Below are positions 41,438 to 50,107 of a DNA stretch of 64,000 nucleotides, in pieces. The translations under genes were made by a program, and so were the position numbers. This DNA is from an uncultured bacterium (GTDB lineage Bacteria; Actinomycetota; Acidimicrobiia; Spongiisociales; UBA5794), in NCBI GenBank assembly GCA_963801165.1, contig CAWDDT010000010.1, forward strand, positions 32,001 through 96,000. The letters run 5' to 3'. How positions within the stretch are numbered: position 1 is the first letter of the stretch; each line of letters starts with the position of its first letter. The notes under the pieces are model-generated. The model did not search any database, was not told the DNA's origin, and worked only from the letters and a program-made list of their open reading frames with translations.

Positions 41438-41587
41438 ATGACAAGTGAAGGCGAGAGCGGCAACGAGACCCAGGAGGAGTTCAAGCCCAGGGGCACCGTT
41501 GCTGTCACTGCCGCATTCGTAGTGGTGATGCTGATCCTCTGGTTCAGCGTTTACGCCATTTTGCTCTCTCGAGGGGCGACGATATGA
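41438..41587 (+). CDS. cbaD: ba3-type cytochrome c oxidase subunit IIa (49 aa, below the ORF-track cutoff)
   Basis: MTSEGESGNETQEEFKPRGTVAVTAAFVVVMLILWFSVYAILLSRGATI* has KPxGT, one TM and WFxVY..RG. GGGAGG RBS; ATGA overlap with subunit II. Confidence 0.85.
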   Translation: MTSEGESGNETQEEFKPRGTVAVTAAFVVVMLILWFSVYAILLSRGATI

Positions 41588-42141
41588 GTGCGGACGCAGG
41601 CGGCGAGAAGCAGAAGATGCACATCGACGCAACGGAGATGAGCTGGATCCGTACCTCGATCATCGTGCTCGTGCTCTTTGCGATCGCCATCGCCATCGCC
41701 GGTTTCATGCTCGGGATCCAGGTCCCGACCCGGGAGAAGCGGGTCGACCCGAACACGATTGCCAACTCCGCCCCCTGGGCGGCGCCAACCGCCGATGATG
41801 TCGGCGATCCTCGCATCCAGGAGCTGGAACCGGGTGCGAAATACAACATCTACATCGTCGCCCAGATGTGGTTCTACACCCCGAACCAGATTCCGACACC
41901 GGAGTCGGGTATCACGATTCCCAAGGGGTCCGAAGTCACCTTCTACGTGACCTCGAAGGATGTCCAGCACGGGTTCCGGATCGAAGGCACAAACGTCAAC
42001 TTCATGCTGATCCCGGGTCAGGTTTCCACGCTGAAGCACACCTTCGATGAGGCGGGCACATACAACTTCATCTGCACCGAGTACTGCGGTACCGGCCACG
42101 CAGGTATGTCCGGCACGATCACGATCTCTGATACCGAGTAG
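41584..42141 (+). CDS. cbaB: ba3-type cytochrome c oxidase subunit II (CuA)
   Basis: Single TM segment, DVQHGF and CTEYCGTGHAGM motifs. Confidence 0.93.
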   Translation: MSADAGGEKQKMHIDATEMSWIRTSIIVLVLFAIAIAIAGFMLGIQVPTREKRVDPNTIANSAPWAAPTADDVGDPRIQELEPGAKYNIYIVAQMWFYTPNQIPTPESGITIPKGSEVTFYVTSKDVQHGFRIEGTNVNFMLIPGQVSTLKHTFDEAGTYNFICTEYCGTGHAGMSGTITISDTE

Positions 42142-42154
42142 AGAGGAGGCTCGA

Positions 42155-43864
42155 ATGGTTACTGAAACAACGGCGGCTCCTGTCTACGAGATCAGCAAGA
42201 CGGACAAGAGGTTCATCGGCTGGCACATCTTCATTGCGGTGACCGCACTGACAATCGGGAGCCTCTTTGGCCCACTGCAGGCTCTGGAGCAGGCAGGGAT
42301 AGATCTCTATCCGAAGCTCGACTTCCTGTTCATCCACATGAACGCGATGCCGTCGGCGTACTACCAGGGTCTCACGCTGCATGGGGTGCTGAACGCGCTG
42401 ATTTGGACGACGTTCTTCATCACAGGGTTCTCCACTCTTGCCGTGATCAGGGGTCTGAAGCGTGAGCTGGCGTACCCGCTGCTGAACCGGATCGGGTTCT
42501 GGACGATGGTGGTCGGTCTCGTCACCGCGGCGATCCCGCTGCTGGGCGACAAGGCCAGCGTCCTTTACACGTTCTACCCGCCCCTGCAGGCAGACAAGCT
42601 GTTCTACATCGGTCTGGTTCTGGTGGTTGTCGGGAGCTGGACGGAGGGTTGGGGGTTCTACTTCACCGTCGGCAAGTGGCGTAAGGAGCACCCGGGCGAG
42701 AAGCTGCCGTTTATCACGCTGGCCGTCGTGATCAACATGGTCATGTGGCAAATCGCCACCGTCGGCATCGCCGCCGAGATTCTCGGCCTCATCCTGCCGT
42801 GGGCATTCAACCTGTCAGGCGGTATCGACCCACAAATGTCCCGGACGTTCTTCTGGTTCACCGGACACCCACTTGTGTACTTCTGGCTGCTACCGGCCTA
42901 TGCGTCCTGGTACGGGATGCTTCCCAAGCAGGTCGGCGGCAAGCTATTCAGCAATACGCTGGCGAAACTGGCCTTCTGGCTCTTCCTCCTGCTGTCTGTG
43001 CCCCTCGGCTTCCACCACCAGTTCGTGGATCCGGGCGTTCCGGCCGGATGGAAGTTCATCCACTCGATGCTGACGCTTGGCGTGTTCTTCCCGTCGCTGC
43101 TGACGCTGTTCACCGTGGTGGCGTCGTTGGAATACGGCGCCAGGAAACGCGGAGGAAAGGGCCTCTTTGGGTGGATCCGGGCGCTGCCGTGGGGCGATCC
43201 GTCGGTGGCCGCCCAGCTGCTGGCAGGAATCCTGTTCATGTTCGGAGGCATTAGCGGTCTCGCCAATGCCTCATACAACGTGAACCTGGTGCTGCACAAC
43301 ACCACCTGGGTCCCCGGCCACTTCCACCTGACCGTGGCGTCGGCCGTGACCCTGTCGTTCGTCGGGATGTCGTACTGGCTCGTTCCTCACATCACGGGTA
43401 AACCTCTATGGCGTCCCAAGCTGGCAGTGGCCGGGGCCTGGACGTACTTCGGCGGCATGCTGATCTTTTCGAACGCGATGCACACAGTCGGGCTGCTCGG
43501 GGCGCCGCGGCGCACCCCGCTCGGGCTGGCTCCTTATGTTCCCAGCGAATGGAACGGCCACCTTTTCCGGGTAGCCGTCGGTGGGGCGATCATGTGGATC
43601 GGGCTGATGACGTTCGTCGTTGTCATCGCCGTCACCGCTTTCCAGCGGAAGCGGCTGCCTGCCGGCGAGTTCGTCGATATCCCGGTCGCCGAGTCGCTGG
43701 ACGATCCCAACAACATTCCATTGTGGCTCGACCGATTCAAGCCGTGGCTGATCGCAGCCGCCGTGCTGATCATTCTCGCCTACGGACCCCAGATGTTGGA
43801 TCAGATCTTCGGAATACAGTTGACGTCACCGGGATACATTCCCACATCCCCGGCGTCATTGTGA
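42155..43864 (+). CDS. cbaA: b(o/a)3-type (family B) heme-copper oxidase subunit I
   Basis: YYQGLTLHG, WFTGHPLVYFW, GFHHQ, HNTTWVPGHFH and GAPRR motifs. Confidence 0.95.
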   Translation: MVTETTAAPVYEISKTDKRFIGWHIFIAVTALTIGSLFGPLQALEQAGIDLYPKLDFLFIHMNAMPSAYYQGLTLHGVLNALIWTTFFITGFSTLAVIRGLKRELAYPLLNRIGFWTMVVGLVTAAIPLLGDKASVLYTFYPPLQADKLFYIGLVLVVVGSWTEGWGFYFTVGKWRKEHPGEKLPFITLAVVINMVMWQIATVGIAAEILGLILPWAFNLSGGIDPQMSRTFFWFTGHPLVYFWLLPAYASWYGMLPKQVGGKLFSNTLAKLAFWLFLLLSVPLGFHHQFVDPGVPAGWKFIHSMLTLGVFFPSLLTLFTVVASLEYGARKRGGKGLFGWIRALPWGDPSVAAQLLAGILFMFGGISGLANASYNVNLVLHNTTWVPGHFHLTVASAVTLSFVGMSYWLVPHITGKPLWRPKLAVAGAWTYFGGMLIFSNAMHTVGLLGAPRRTPLGLAPYVPSEWNGHLFRVAVGGAIMWIGLMTFVVVIAVTAFQRKRLPAGEFVDIPVAESLDDPNNIPLWLDRFKPWLIAAAVLIILAYGPQMLDQIFGIQLTSPGYIPTSPASL

Positions 43865-43891
43865 GCCCTGCGGTCTGGAAGAAACAAGAGC

Positions 43892-46213
43892 TTGAGTAAA
43901 CGCGACGAAGTCCCGCTGGACGGGCCATCAGTCGACTGGCCGCTCCGCACCCGGAACAGGGTACGGAGCGGCTTGCGCGTGCTGGAGCGTTTGAGCCTGA
44001 AAGCGGAACGACCCGTGGGCAAGGCGGTTGGCTCACCCCGTCTCAACCCCTTCTACCACACGGGGACGATCTCGGTCTTTCTGTTTGGGGTGGTGCTGGT
44101 CACCGGGATCTACCTCACCGCGTTCTACCAGTATGGCTTCGCCGACTCCTACAAGGCGGTCGCCGCCATCGAGGCGAACGTGGCCGGCAGGATGGTGCGG
44201 GCGGTTCATCGGTACGCCTCGGTGGCGCTCGTCGTGACGTCTCTGCTCCACGGCTGGCGAACGTTCTTCCAGGATCGGTTCCGTGGCTCGCGTTGGGTCG
44301 CCTGGGTATCGGGTGTGGGGATGATGCTGCTCCTCTGGGTGATCGGCGTCACCGGGTACTGGCTCATATGGGACGAGCGGGCCGAGGTCATCAACCGGGT
44401 GTTTATCAGGGCGATCGACGGGATGACTCTCGGGCTCGACTTCGTCATCGACAGCGTCGTCTCGCCGGTGGCCGGCACGGGCTGGCCCTTCCTGCTGCTG
44501 ATATTCCTGATCCACTTCGGTTTGTCGATGCTGGCCGGCGTCCTCATCTGGGTACACGTCAAGCGTCTCAACCGCGCCAAACTGCTGCCGCCACGTTTCT
44601 GGATGATCCTCATCGGCGGTGCCATCGTGATCGCGGCGGTGGTATGGCCGGTCGGGATGCTGGGCTCGTTTGATCCCAACCGGCTGCCCGGAACCTTCCC
44701 CGTGGACCCGTTCTACCTGTTCTTGATGCCGCTCGGGCTCCGGTGGTCTCCGGGTTGGCTCTGGGGCGGCGTCGTAGTGGTGAGTGCTTTGGTGACCGGG
44801 ATTCCCTGGCTGCTGCGACGCCAACCGCTCGACCCCATCGTCGTGAATGCCGATCGCTGCACGGGGTGCACCCTCTGTGTCGCCGACTGCCCCTACAAGG
44901 CGCTCGAGATGGTGCCTCGCGAGGACGACACGAAGTACCGCCAACTCGCCGTGGTGCTCGAGGATCTATGCGTGGCGTGCGGTATCTGCGTCGGCAGCTG
45001 TCCGACCGAGGCGCTAACGCTGGGCGATCAGCCCGCTGAGGCGTTGTGGGACGAAGTGCGCCATCTCGCCGGGACGGGTGACAGCCCCCGAATCGTGTTG
45101 ACCTGCGAGCGGCACGCGCTACAAGGTGCCGCGACACACGTCGGTGAGGGGGGTCTGGACATCGACGGCAAGCCGGGCCACGTCGTAGCGGTGCCCTGCG
45201 TGGGCATGATTCACCCGGGGCTGGTGGGAGCGGCCCTCGAGGCCGGGGCAGGTGACGTCCAGATCATCGGGTGCCCTCCGGCCGACTGCACCAACCGGGA
45301 GGGAAACGACTGGTTGCAGGCGCGGCTCGACCGGGAGCGGGTCCCCCGTCTCAAACGTGAGTACGTAGACGCACGGATCACCACAGACTGGATACCGCCC
45401 GACTCGTTCGGCGAGGCCGTCGCCAACCCGGGCGGACAGCCGATCGCCGATCCCGAGGAGCGGCCGGATCGGCGCCGTCAGATACCGGCGCTCATCCTCG
45501 TGACCGTCGTCACGCTCGTTTCGATTGCGCTGACCAACATCAGGTTCACTCCGGCTACGGCAGGCGAGACTGTGATCGCTCTCGCCGTCGACCACGAGGG
45601 CGGGGAGCCGCTGATGGGGTTCGAGAACATGAAGCCTGCGGTAGAGGAAGGCATCCCGCCGCGACTCGTTGTCGAGCTAGACGGACGGTCGGTGTTCGAC
45701 AAGACCTATGACGTAGTGCATGCCGACGGTGGTGAGACCGCTCTCGGCTACGACCTGATCGAGGTCGAGCCCGGCCAGCACCAGGTCAAGGTCACCATGT
45801 TTGACCGATCCGACCAACCGGGGGGCTTCGTCGTGTTCGACGACGTCGTTGGGCTGAAGGTCGGTCAGATCTTCAACGTTGCGTTGAACGACGAACCGGT
45901 GACCACAGAGGCCGACGCGGGGCGTTCTCTGTTCATGGAGAACACGTTCGGCGTCAACACGGGGTGCCGGCTGTGCCACTCGCTCGAACCCGGCGTCGTG
46001 TTGGTTGGTCCTTCGCTCGCAGGGGTTGCCACCCGAGCCGAAACCCGGGTGCCCGGCTTGACGGCCGCTGAGTACCTGCGCCAGTCGATCGTCGACCCCA
46101 ACGCTTACGTCGTCGACGGATTCCCCAAAGGTCAGATGTTCCAGAACTTTGCCCAGGTGCTGACCGGGGAGCAGATCGATAGCCTCGTCGCGTTCCTGCT
46201 GACTCTCAAGTAG
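43892..46213 (+). CDS. multidomain redox protein: cytochrome b + 2x[4Fe-4S] ferredoxin + MvhD/FlpD-like Fe-S domain + C-terminal cytochrome c
   Basis: Cyt b His pairs (HRYAS/LLHGW, IHFG/VHVK), CTGCTLCVADCP and CVACGICVGSCP, TC..VPCVG..GCPPADC..REG, a TM segment, then CRLCH...GQM. Confidence 0.88.
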   Translation: MSKRDEVPLDGPSVDWPLRTRNRVRSGLRVLERLSLKAERPVGKAVGSPRLNPFYHTGTISVFLFGVVLVTGIYLTAFYQYGFADSYKAVAAIEANVAGRMVRAVHRYASVALVVTSLLHGWRTFFQDRFRGSRWVAWVSGVGMMLLLWVIGVTGYWLIWDERAEVINRVFIRAIDGMTLGLDFVIDSVVSPVAGTGWPFLLLIFLIHFGLSMLAGVLIWVHVKRLNRAKLLPPRFWMILIGGAIVIAAVVWPVGMLGSFDPNRLPGTFPVDPFYLFLMPLGLRWSPGWLWGGVVVVSALVTGIPWLLRRQPLDPIVVNADRCTGCTLCVADCPYKALEMVPREDDTKYRQLAVVLEDLCVACGICVGSCPTEALTLGDQPAEALWDEVRHLAGTGDSPRIVLTCERHALQGAATHVGEGGLDIDGKPGHVVAVPCVGMIHPGLVGAALEAGAGDVQIIGCPPADCTNREGNDWLQARLDRERVPRLKREYVDARITTDWIPPDSFGEAVANPGGQPIADPEERPDRRRQIPALILVTVVTLVSIALTNIRFTPATAGETVIALAVDHEGGEPLMGFENMKPAVEEGIPPRLVVELDGRSVFDKTYDVVHADGGETALGYDLIEVEPGQHQVKVTMFDRSDQPGGFVVFDDVVGLKVGQIFNVALNDEPVTTEADAGRSLFMENTFGVNTGCRLCHSLEPGVVLVGPSLAGVATRAETRVPGLTAAEYLRQSIVDPNAYVVDGFPKGQMFQNFAQVLTGEQIDSLVAFLLTLK

Positions 46214-46215
46214 CT

Positions 46216-46650
46216 ATGACGTCGATGCGGGCGACGTCGATGCGGGCGAGGTCGATGCGGGCGGCGGCGGCGGCTCTGGTGCTCCTGGTGACCGGATGTG
46301 GGGGAGGCTCCGCCCCGGCTGCGACGGTAGACGTACCGGTGGCGACGCCGCGACCGGTGGAGACGCTTGGCAGAGAGCTCTTTGCTGAGAGGGTGATCGG
46401 CACGAACCCGGGGTGTGTCACCTGTCATTCGCTCGAGGAGGGTGTCACCCTTGTCGGCCCGTCGCTGGCTGGCGTGTCATCACGCATCGAAGGAATGAGC
46501 GATTCCGACTACGTCCGGCAATCCATCGTCGACCCCGATGCCTATGTCGTCCCGGGGTTCACTGCCGGCCAGATGAGTCAGAACTGGGGCGAAGTCCTCA
46601 CCGAGGAGCAGGTCGACAGCCTGGTCGATTTCCTGGTGACGAGCGGCTGA
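46216..46650 (+). CDS. monoheme cytochrome c lipoprotein
   Basis: Lipobox VTGC, CVTCH and GQM. Very similar to the C-terminal domain of the upstream fusion. The 5' end has a 15-bp x3 repeat, so the true start may be a later ATG. Confidence 0.9.
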   Translation: MTSMRATSMRARSMRAAAAALVLLVTGCGGGSAPAATVDVPVATPRPVETLGRELFAERVIGTNPGCVTCHSLEEGVTLVGPSLAGVSSRIEGMSDSDYVRQSIVDPDAYVVPGFTAGQMSQNWGEVLTEEQVDSLVDFLVTSG

Positions 46651-46704
46651 CGGGTCCTGGTCCGCCCTCTAGCCGGGCAAGGCACCCGGCCCCCCCCATG
46701 CCGG

Positions 46705-47133
46705 CTACTTGACCGGGAATGCCTCTTCGGTGCCGCTGGCGCCCTCTCCGGCGACCGTGCGCTCGCCGTGCAGCTCGCCATCGTCGTTGATTTCGTAGCG
46801 GGCGGTACCTTGTGAGGCCGAGTCGAATCCCTGCCACTCGACATCCAACTCGGTGCCGGTGACCGTTCCCTTTCCCGTCTGGATGCTCCCGGTGATGATC
46901 CACTGCATGTTGACGACGTCGGGTTGATCGGTGGCGACGATCTCGAGGGTGCCCCCGTATTCGGTGCCTTCCGGGTCCACCCCGTTTACGTAGTAAGTGC
47001 CGACAAGACTGCCGTCGAAACCCTGCTGCGGGAAGGCGCACGCGGATGCGGTGATGGCGACCAGCAGAGCTAACGTAATAGGAGCCCGTAGCAAGCGGTT
47101 GCGGCGCGGACGCGTTTGGTTGGCAGGGGCCAT
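46705..47133 (-). CDS. hypothetical lipoprotein (small beta-rich domain)
   Basis: Lipobox-like ASAC and a GTYYVNG..PEG..YGG.LEI segment. Confidence 0.65.
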   Translation of the reverse strand: MAPANQTRPRRNRLLRAPITLALLVAITASACAFPQQGFDGSLVGTYYVNGVDPEGTEYGGTLEIVATDQPDVVNMQWIITGSIQTGKGTVTGTELDVEWQGFDSASQGTARYEINDDGELHGERTVAGEGASGTEEAFPVK

Positions 47134-47203
47134 CGGGTCTCCGGATCGATTGCAGTCGGGGAGTATATATGGAGCCCCGGATGGTGCTTCCACGAGGAGA
47201 CGC

Positions 47204-47872
47204 ATGCGCAAGAAGGTGATCATCGGCTCGGCCATTCCGGTGGTTCTGATCATCGGTGCCGCGGTTGCGTTCGCCGTTTTCCAGCCCATCCAGGTGCTGC
47301 CTCGTATCCGGTTGGCGCCGGGCTATCTGCTGGTGAACCAGGATGGTGAGACCGTGTCCTCCGAGGACGTTCGCGGTGACATCGTCCTCTACGACTTCAC
47401 CTACAGCGGTTGCGGCGACGAGTGCGCAGCGATGAATGACACCATGGCCGCAATTCAGAGCCGTCTCGACGAGATCGACGCCGGCGACACGGATATCAGG
47501 TTCATGACGGTCTCATTCGACCCGGAGCATGACACGCCCGGCGTATTGCGCGACTACGCCGCCACACTCGGCGCCAATACCGCGCAATGGCAGTTCGTCA
47601 CCGGCGACCCGATCCACGTGACCAATGTCGTGAAATCCGGTTTCGAGGTCTATTACCAGCCGCAGCCTGACGGCACGTACACGTTCGCTCCCGTGTTCGT
47701 CCTGGTGGATGGGTGGGGAGTGATCAGGGGTGAGTACCGCTACCAGACCAATGCCTCCGATGCCGACAAGATCGTGCACCACATGGACATCCTCGGCGAG
47801 GAGGTGCGCAATGCACACGGTGCCGCCGCCCTGGCATACGAGGCAGCCCACTTCTTCCTCTGCTACCCATGA
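47204..47872 (+). CDS. SCO family protein (atypical)
   Basis: FTYSGCGDEC and VSFDPEHDT motifs. The usual Cu-ligand His is not evident. Confidence 0.85.
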   Translation: MRKKVIIGSAIPVVLIIGAAVAFAVFQPIQVLPRIRLAPGYLLVNQDGETVSSEDVRGDIVLYDFTYSGCGDECAAMNDTMAAIQSRLDEIDAGDTDIRFMTVSFDPEHDTPGVLRDYAATLGANTAQWQFVTGDPIHVTNVVKSGFEVYYQPQPDGTYTFAPVFVLVDGWGVIRGEYRYQTNASDADKIVHHMDILGEEVRNAHGAAALAYEAAHFFLCYP

Positions 47873-48483
47873 AAGGTAGGCGTCTCTGGACGGGTATTGC
47901 GGTCGGGCTGCTCGGCGTGCTGGTGGCGTGGTTCGTGATCTTGCCGCATTTCGTCAACAGGGTCCGCCCCCACATCTTCGGGGGGACCGTTGTCCAGTCG
48001 AACCAGAAGGTCCCCAACACCGAGCTCATGTCGGCCAACGGACCGGTCCGGCTCTCCGATTTCGCCGGCAAGTTGCTGGTTGTGTACTTCGGCTACACCT
48101 ACTGCCCGGACGTCTGCCCGGCGACCCTGAGCAAGCTGGCCGATTCCATGGAAATCGTGGGTGACAAGGCAGACGACGTCCAGGTGATAATGGTGTCGAT
48201 CGACCCGGCGCGGGACACACCAGATGTCATACAGGACTACGTGACCCACTTCGATCCCGATTTCCTCGGACTGACCGGTGACGAGGCTTCGGTCAACCTC
48301 GTGGCTACGCTCTTCGGCGTCACCTACCAGCGGGTCGACAATGCAGAGGCCACCAGCTACACGATGGATCACACCTCAACCGTTATCCTCGTCGACCGTG
48401 AGGGATACCTGAAGCTCGTGCTCCCCTTCGAAGGATCAGCGGAGCAGATCGCATCCGACATCGACTTCTTCCTGAGCAAATGA
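47869..48483 (+). CDS. SCO family copper chaperone
   Basis: FGYTYCPDVCP, DPARDT and MDHT motifs. Confidence 0.93.
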   Translation: MKGRRLWTGIAVGLLGVLVAWFVILPHFVNRVRPHIFGGTVVQSNQKVPNTELMSANGPVRLSDFAGKLLVVYFGYTYCPDVCPATLSKLADSMEIVGDKADDVQVIMVSIDPARDTPDVIQDYVTHFDPDFLGLTGDEASVNLVATLFGVTYQRVDNAEATSYTMDHTSTVILVDREGYLKLVLPFEGSAEQIASDIDFFLSK

Positions 48484-49079
48484 ACACAAGACGCTGGATG
48501 ATCCCGGTTGCCGCCCTCCTGGGGGTTCTCGTTGCTTTGCTCGCGCTCTCACTGCGCAGCAAGCCGCACGAGTTCATCGGGACCGTGTTTGCCGATGAGG
48601 AGGTAGCGCCTGATTTCACACTCACCGCAGACAGTGGGGAACCGGCGTCACTCAGCGACTATCGGGGCGACGTTGTCCTGCTCTATTTCGGGTACACGTA
48701 CTGTCCGGACGTCTGCCCGACCGTGCTGGCGAATCTGGCGGCGGTGCGGGAGACGCTGAGTCAAACCGATCGGGATCGGGTCCAGGTGGTGATGGTCTCG
48801 GTCGATCCCGCCCGGGATACTCCGGATGTCTTGCATACGTACCTGGAGCATTTTGATCCTTCGTTTGTGGGGTTCACCGGCTCGAGCGATGAGATCGCCA
48901 AGGTTGCCGCCGCATACAACGTCACCTACGAGGCGCACGAGGGTACCGCCGCAACCGGGTACCTCGTCGATCATTGGGCCGGGTTCTACCTCGTTGATCC
49001 CGGGGGGAACCTGGTCGAGTCATTCAGCTACGGTACGCCTGCTGTAGACGTCGCCGCCGATGTCAGGGAGTGGCTGTGA
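48480..49079 (+). CDS. SCO family copper chaperone
   Basis: FGYTYCPDVCP, DPARDT and VDHW motifs. Confidence 0.93.
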   Translation: MNTRRWMIPVAALLGVLVALLALSLRSKPHEFIGTVFADEEVAPDFTLTADSGEPASLSDYRGDVVLLYFGYTYCPDVCPTVLANLAAVRETLSQTDRDRVQVVMVSVDPARDTPDVLHTYLEHFDPSFVGFTGSSDEIAKVAAAYNVTYEAHEGTAATGYLVDHWAGFYLVDPGGNLVESFSYGTPAVDVAADVREWL

Positions 49080-50014
49080 TGCGAAGAGTGATTCTCGACA
49101 CCGATCCGGGTCAGGACGACGCGTTTGCGATTCTGCTCGCGGTCGCCTCGCCCGAGGATATCGAGCTCCAGGCGCTCACCACCGCCGCCGGCAACGTCAC
49201 CGTGGACAAGACCACCCGCAACGCATTACGACTTCTCGAGCTTGCCGGGGCACCCCAGATCCCGGTGTACCGGGGGTGTTCCCGGCCGATGGTCAACGAG
49301 CTGTTCACGGCCGAGTACGTACACGGGGTGACCGGGCTAGACGGACCCGATCTTCCCGAGCCGCGGTCGGTGGCCGCGTCATTACACGCGGTCGACTATC
49401 TGATCACCGGGCTGACGGCTGCCGGGCCACGATCGGTGACAGTCTGTCTGATCGGTCCGATGACCAATATGGCGATGGCGCTGGTCATGGAGCCCGGGAT
49501 CGCGGACCGGATCGACGAGTTCGTGATCATGGGGGGTAGCTTCCACGCCGGGGGGAACGTCACTCCCGCCGCCGAATTCAACGTGTTTGTCGACCCGCAC
49601 GCCGCCCACGTGGTGCTGACCAGTGGGGTGCCGATCACGATCATGCCGCTCGACGCTACCCACCAGGTACAAGCCACTCCGTCTCGCGCCGCGCGATTCC
49701 GCGAGCTGGGTTCGCCGGTTGGCGAAGCAGTGACGGCAATGCTCGACTTTGCCTCCCGCCATGACATCGCCGAGCGCGGGTTCGGCGGCTACCCGCTTCA
49801 CGATCCGACCGTGATCGCCTATCTGATTGCGCCCGACATCTTCGAGTCTCGTCGGGCGCACGTCTCGGTGGTCACCGACACCGGTCCCGGCCATGGCCAG
49901 ACCATCGCCGATTGGTGGGGCCAAACCGGGATGGAGCCAAACGCCAAGGTGGTCACCTCCGTTGACGCCGACCGGTTTTTCGACCTGCTCACGGAGCGTC
50001 TCGCCCGGTATTGA
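49079..50014 (+). CDS. nucleoside hydrolase (IU-NH family)
   Basis: DTDPGQDD, AEFN..DP and LHDP motifs. Confidence 0.93.
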   Translation: MRRVILDTDPGQDDAFAILLAVASPEDIELQALTTAAGNVTVDKTTRNALRLLELAGAPQIPVYRGCSRPMVNELFTAEYVHGVTGLDGPDLPEPRSVAASLHAVDYLITGLTAAGPRSVTVCLIGPMTNMAMALVMEPGIADRIDEFVIMGGSFHAGGNVTPAAEFNVFVDPHAAHVVLTSGVPITIMPLDATHQVQATPSRAARFRELGSPVGEAVTAMLDFASRHDIAERGFGGYPLHDPTVIAYLIAPDIFESRRAHVSVVTDTGPGHGQTIADWWGQTGMEPNAKVVTSVDADRFFDLLTERLARY

Positions 50015-50107
50015 ATCCCGGTGCCGACGGCTCGCGCCGGGCAACGCGACAATACGGTTTCGTGTCGGAGGGCCCCATTACCATCGCTATCTATGGGATC
50101 GCTATCT

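Noticed and set aside
43892-46213. Evidence for a hydrogenase or heterodisulfide reductase pathway
   Set aside because: Only an MvhD-like domain is present. No NiFe large subunit or HdrABC genes occur in the window.
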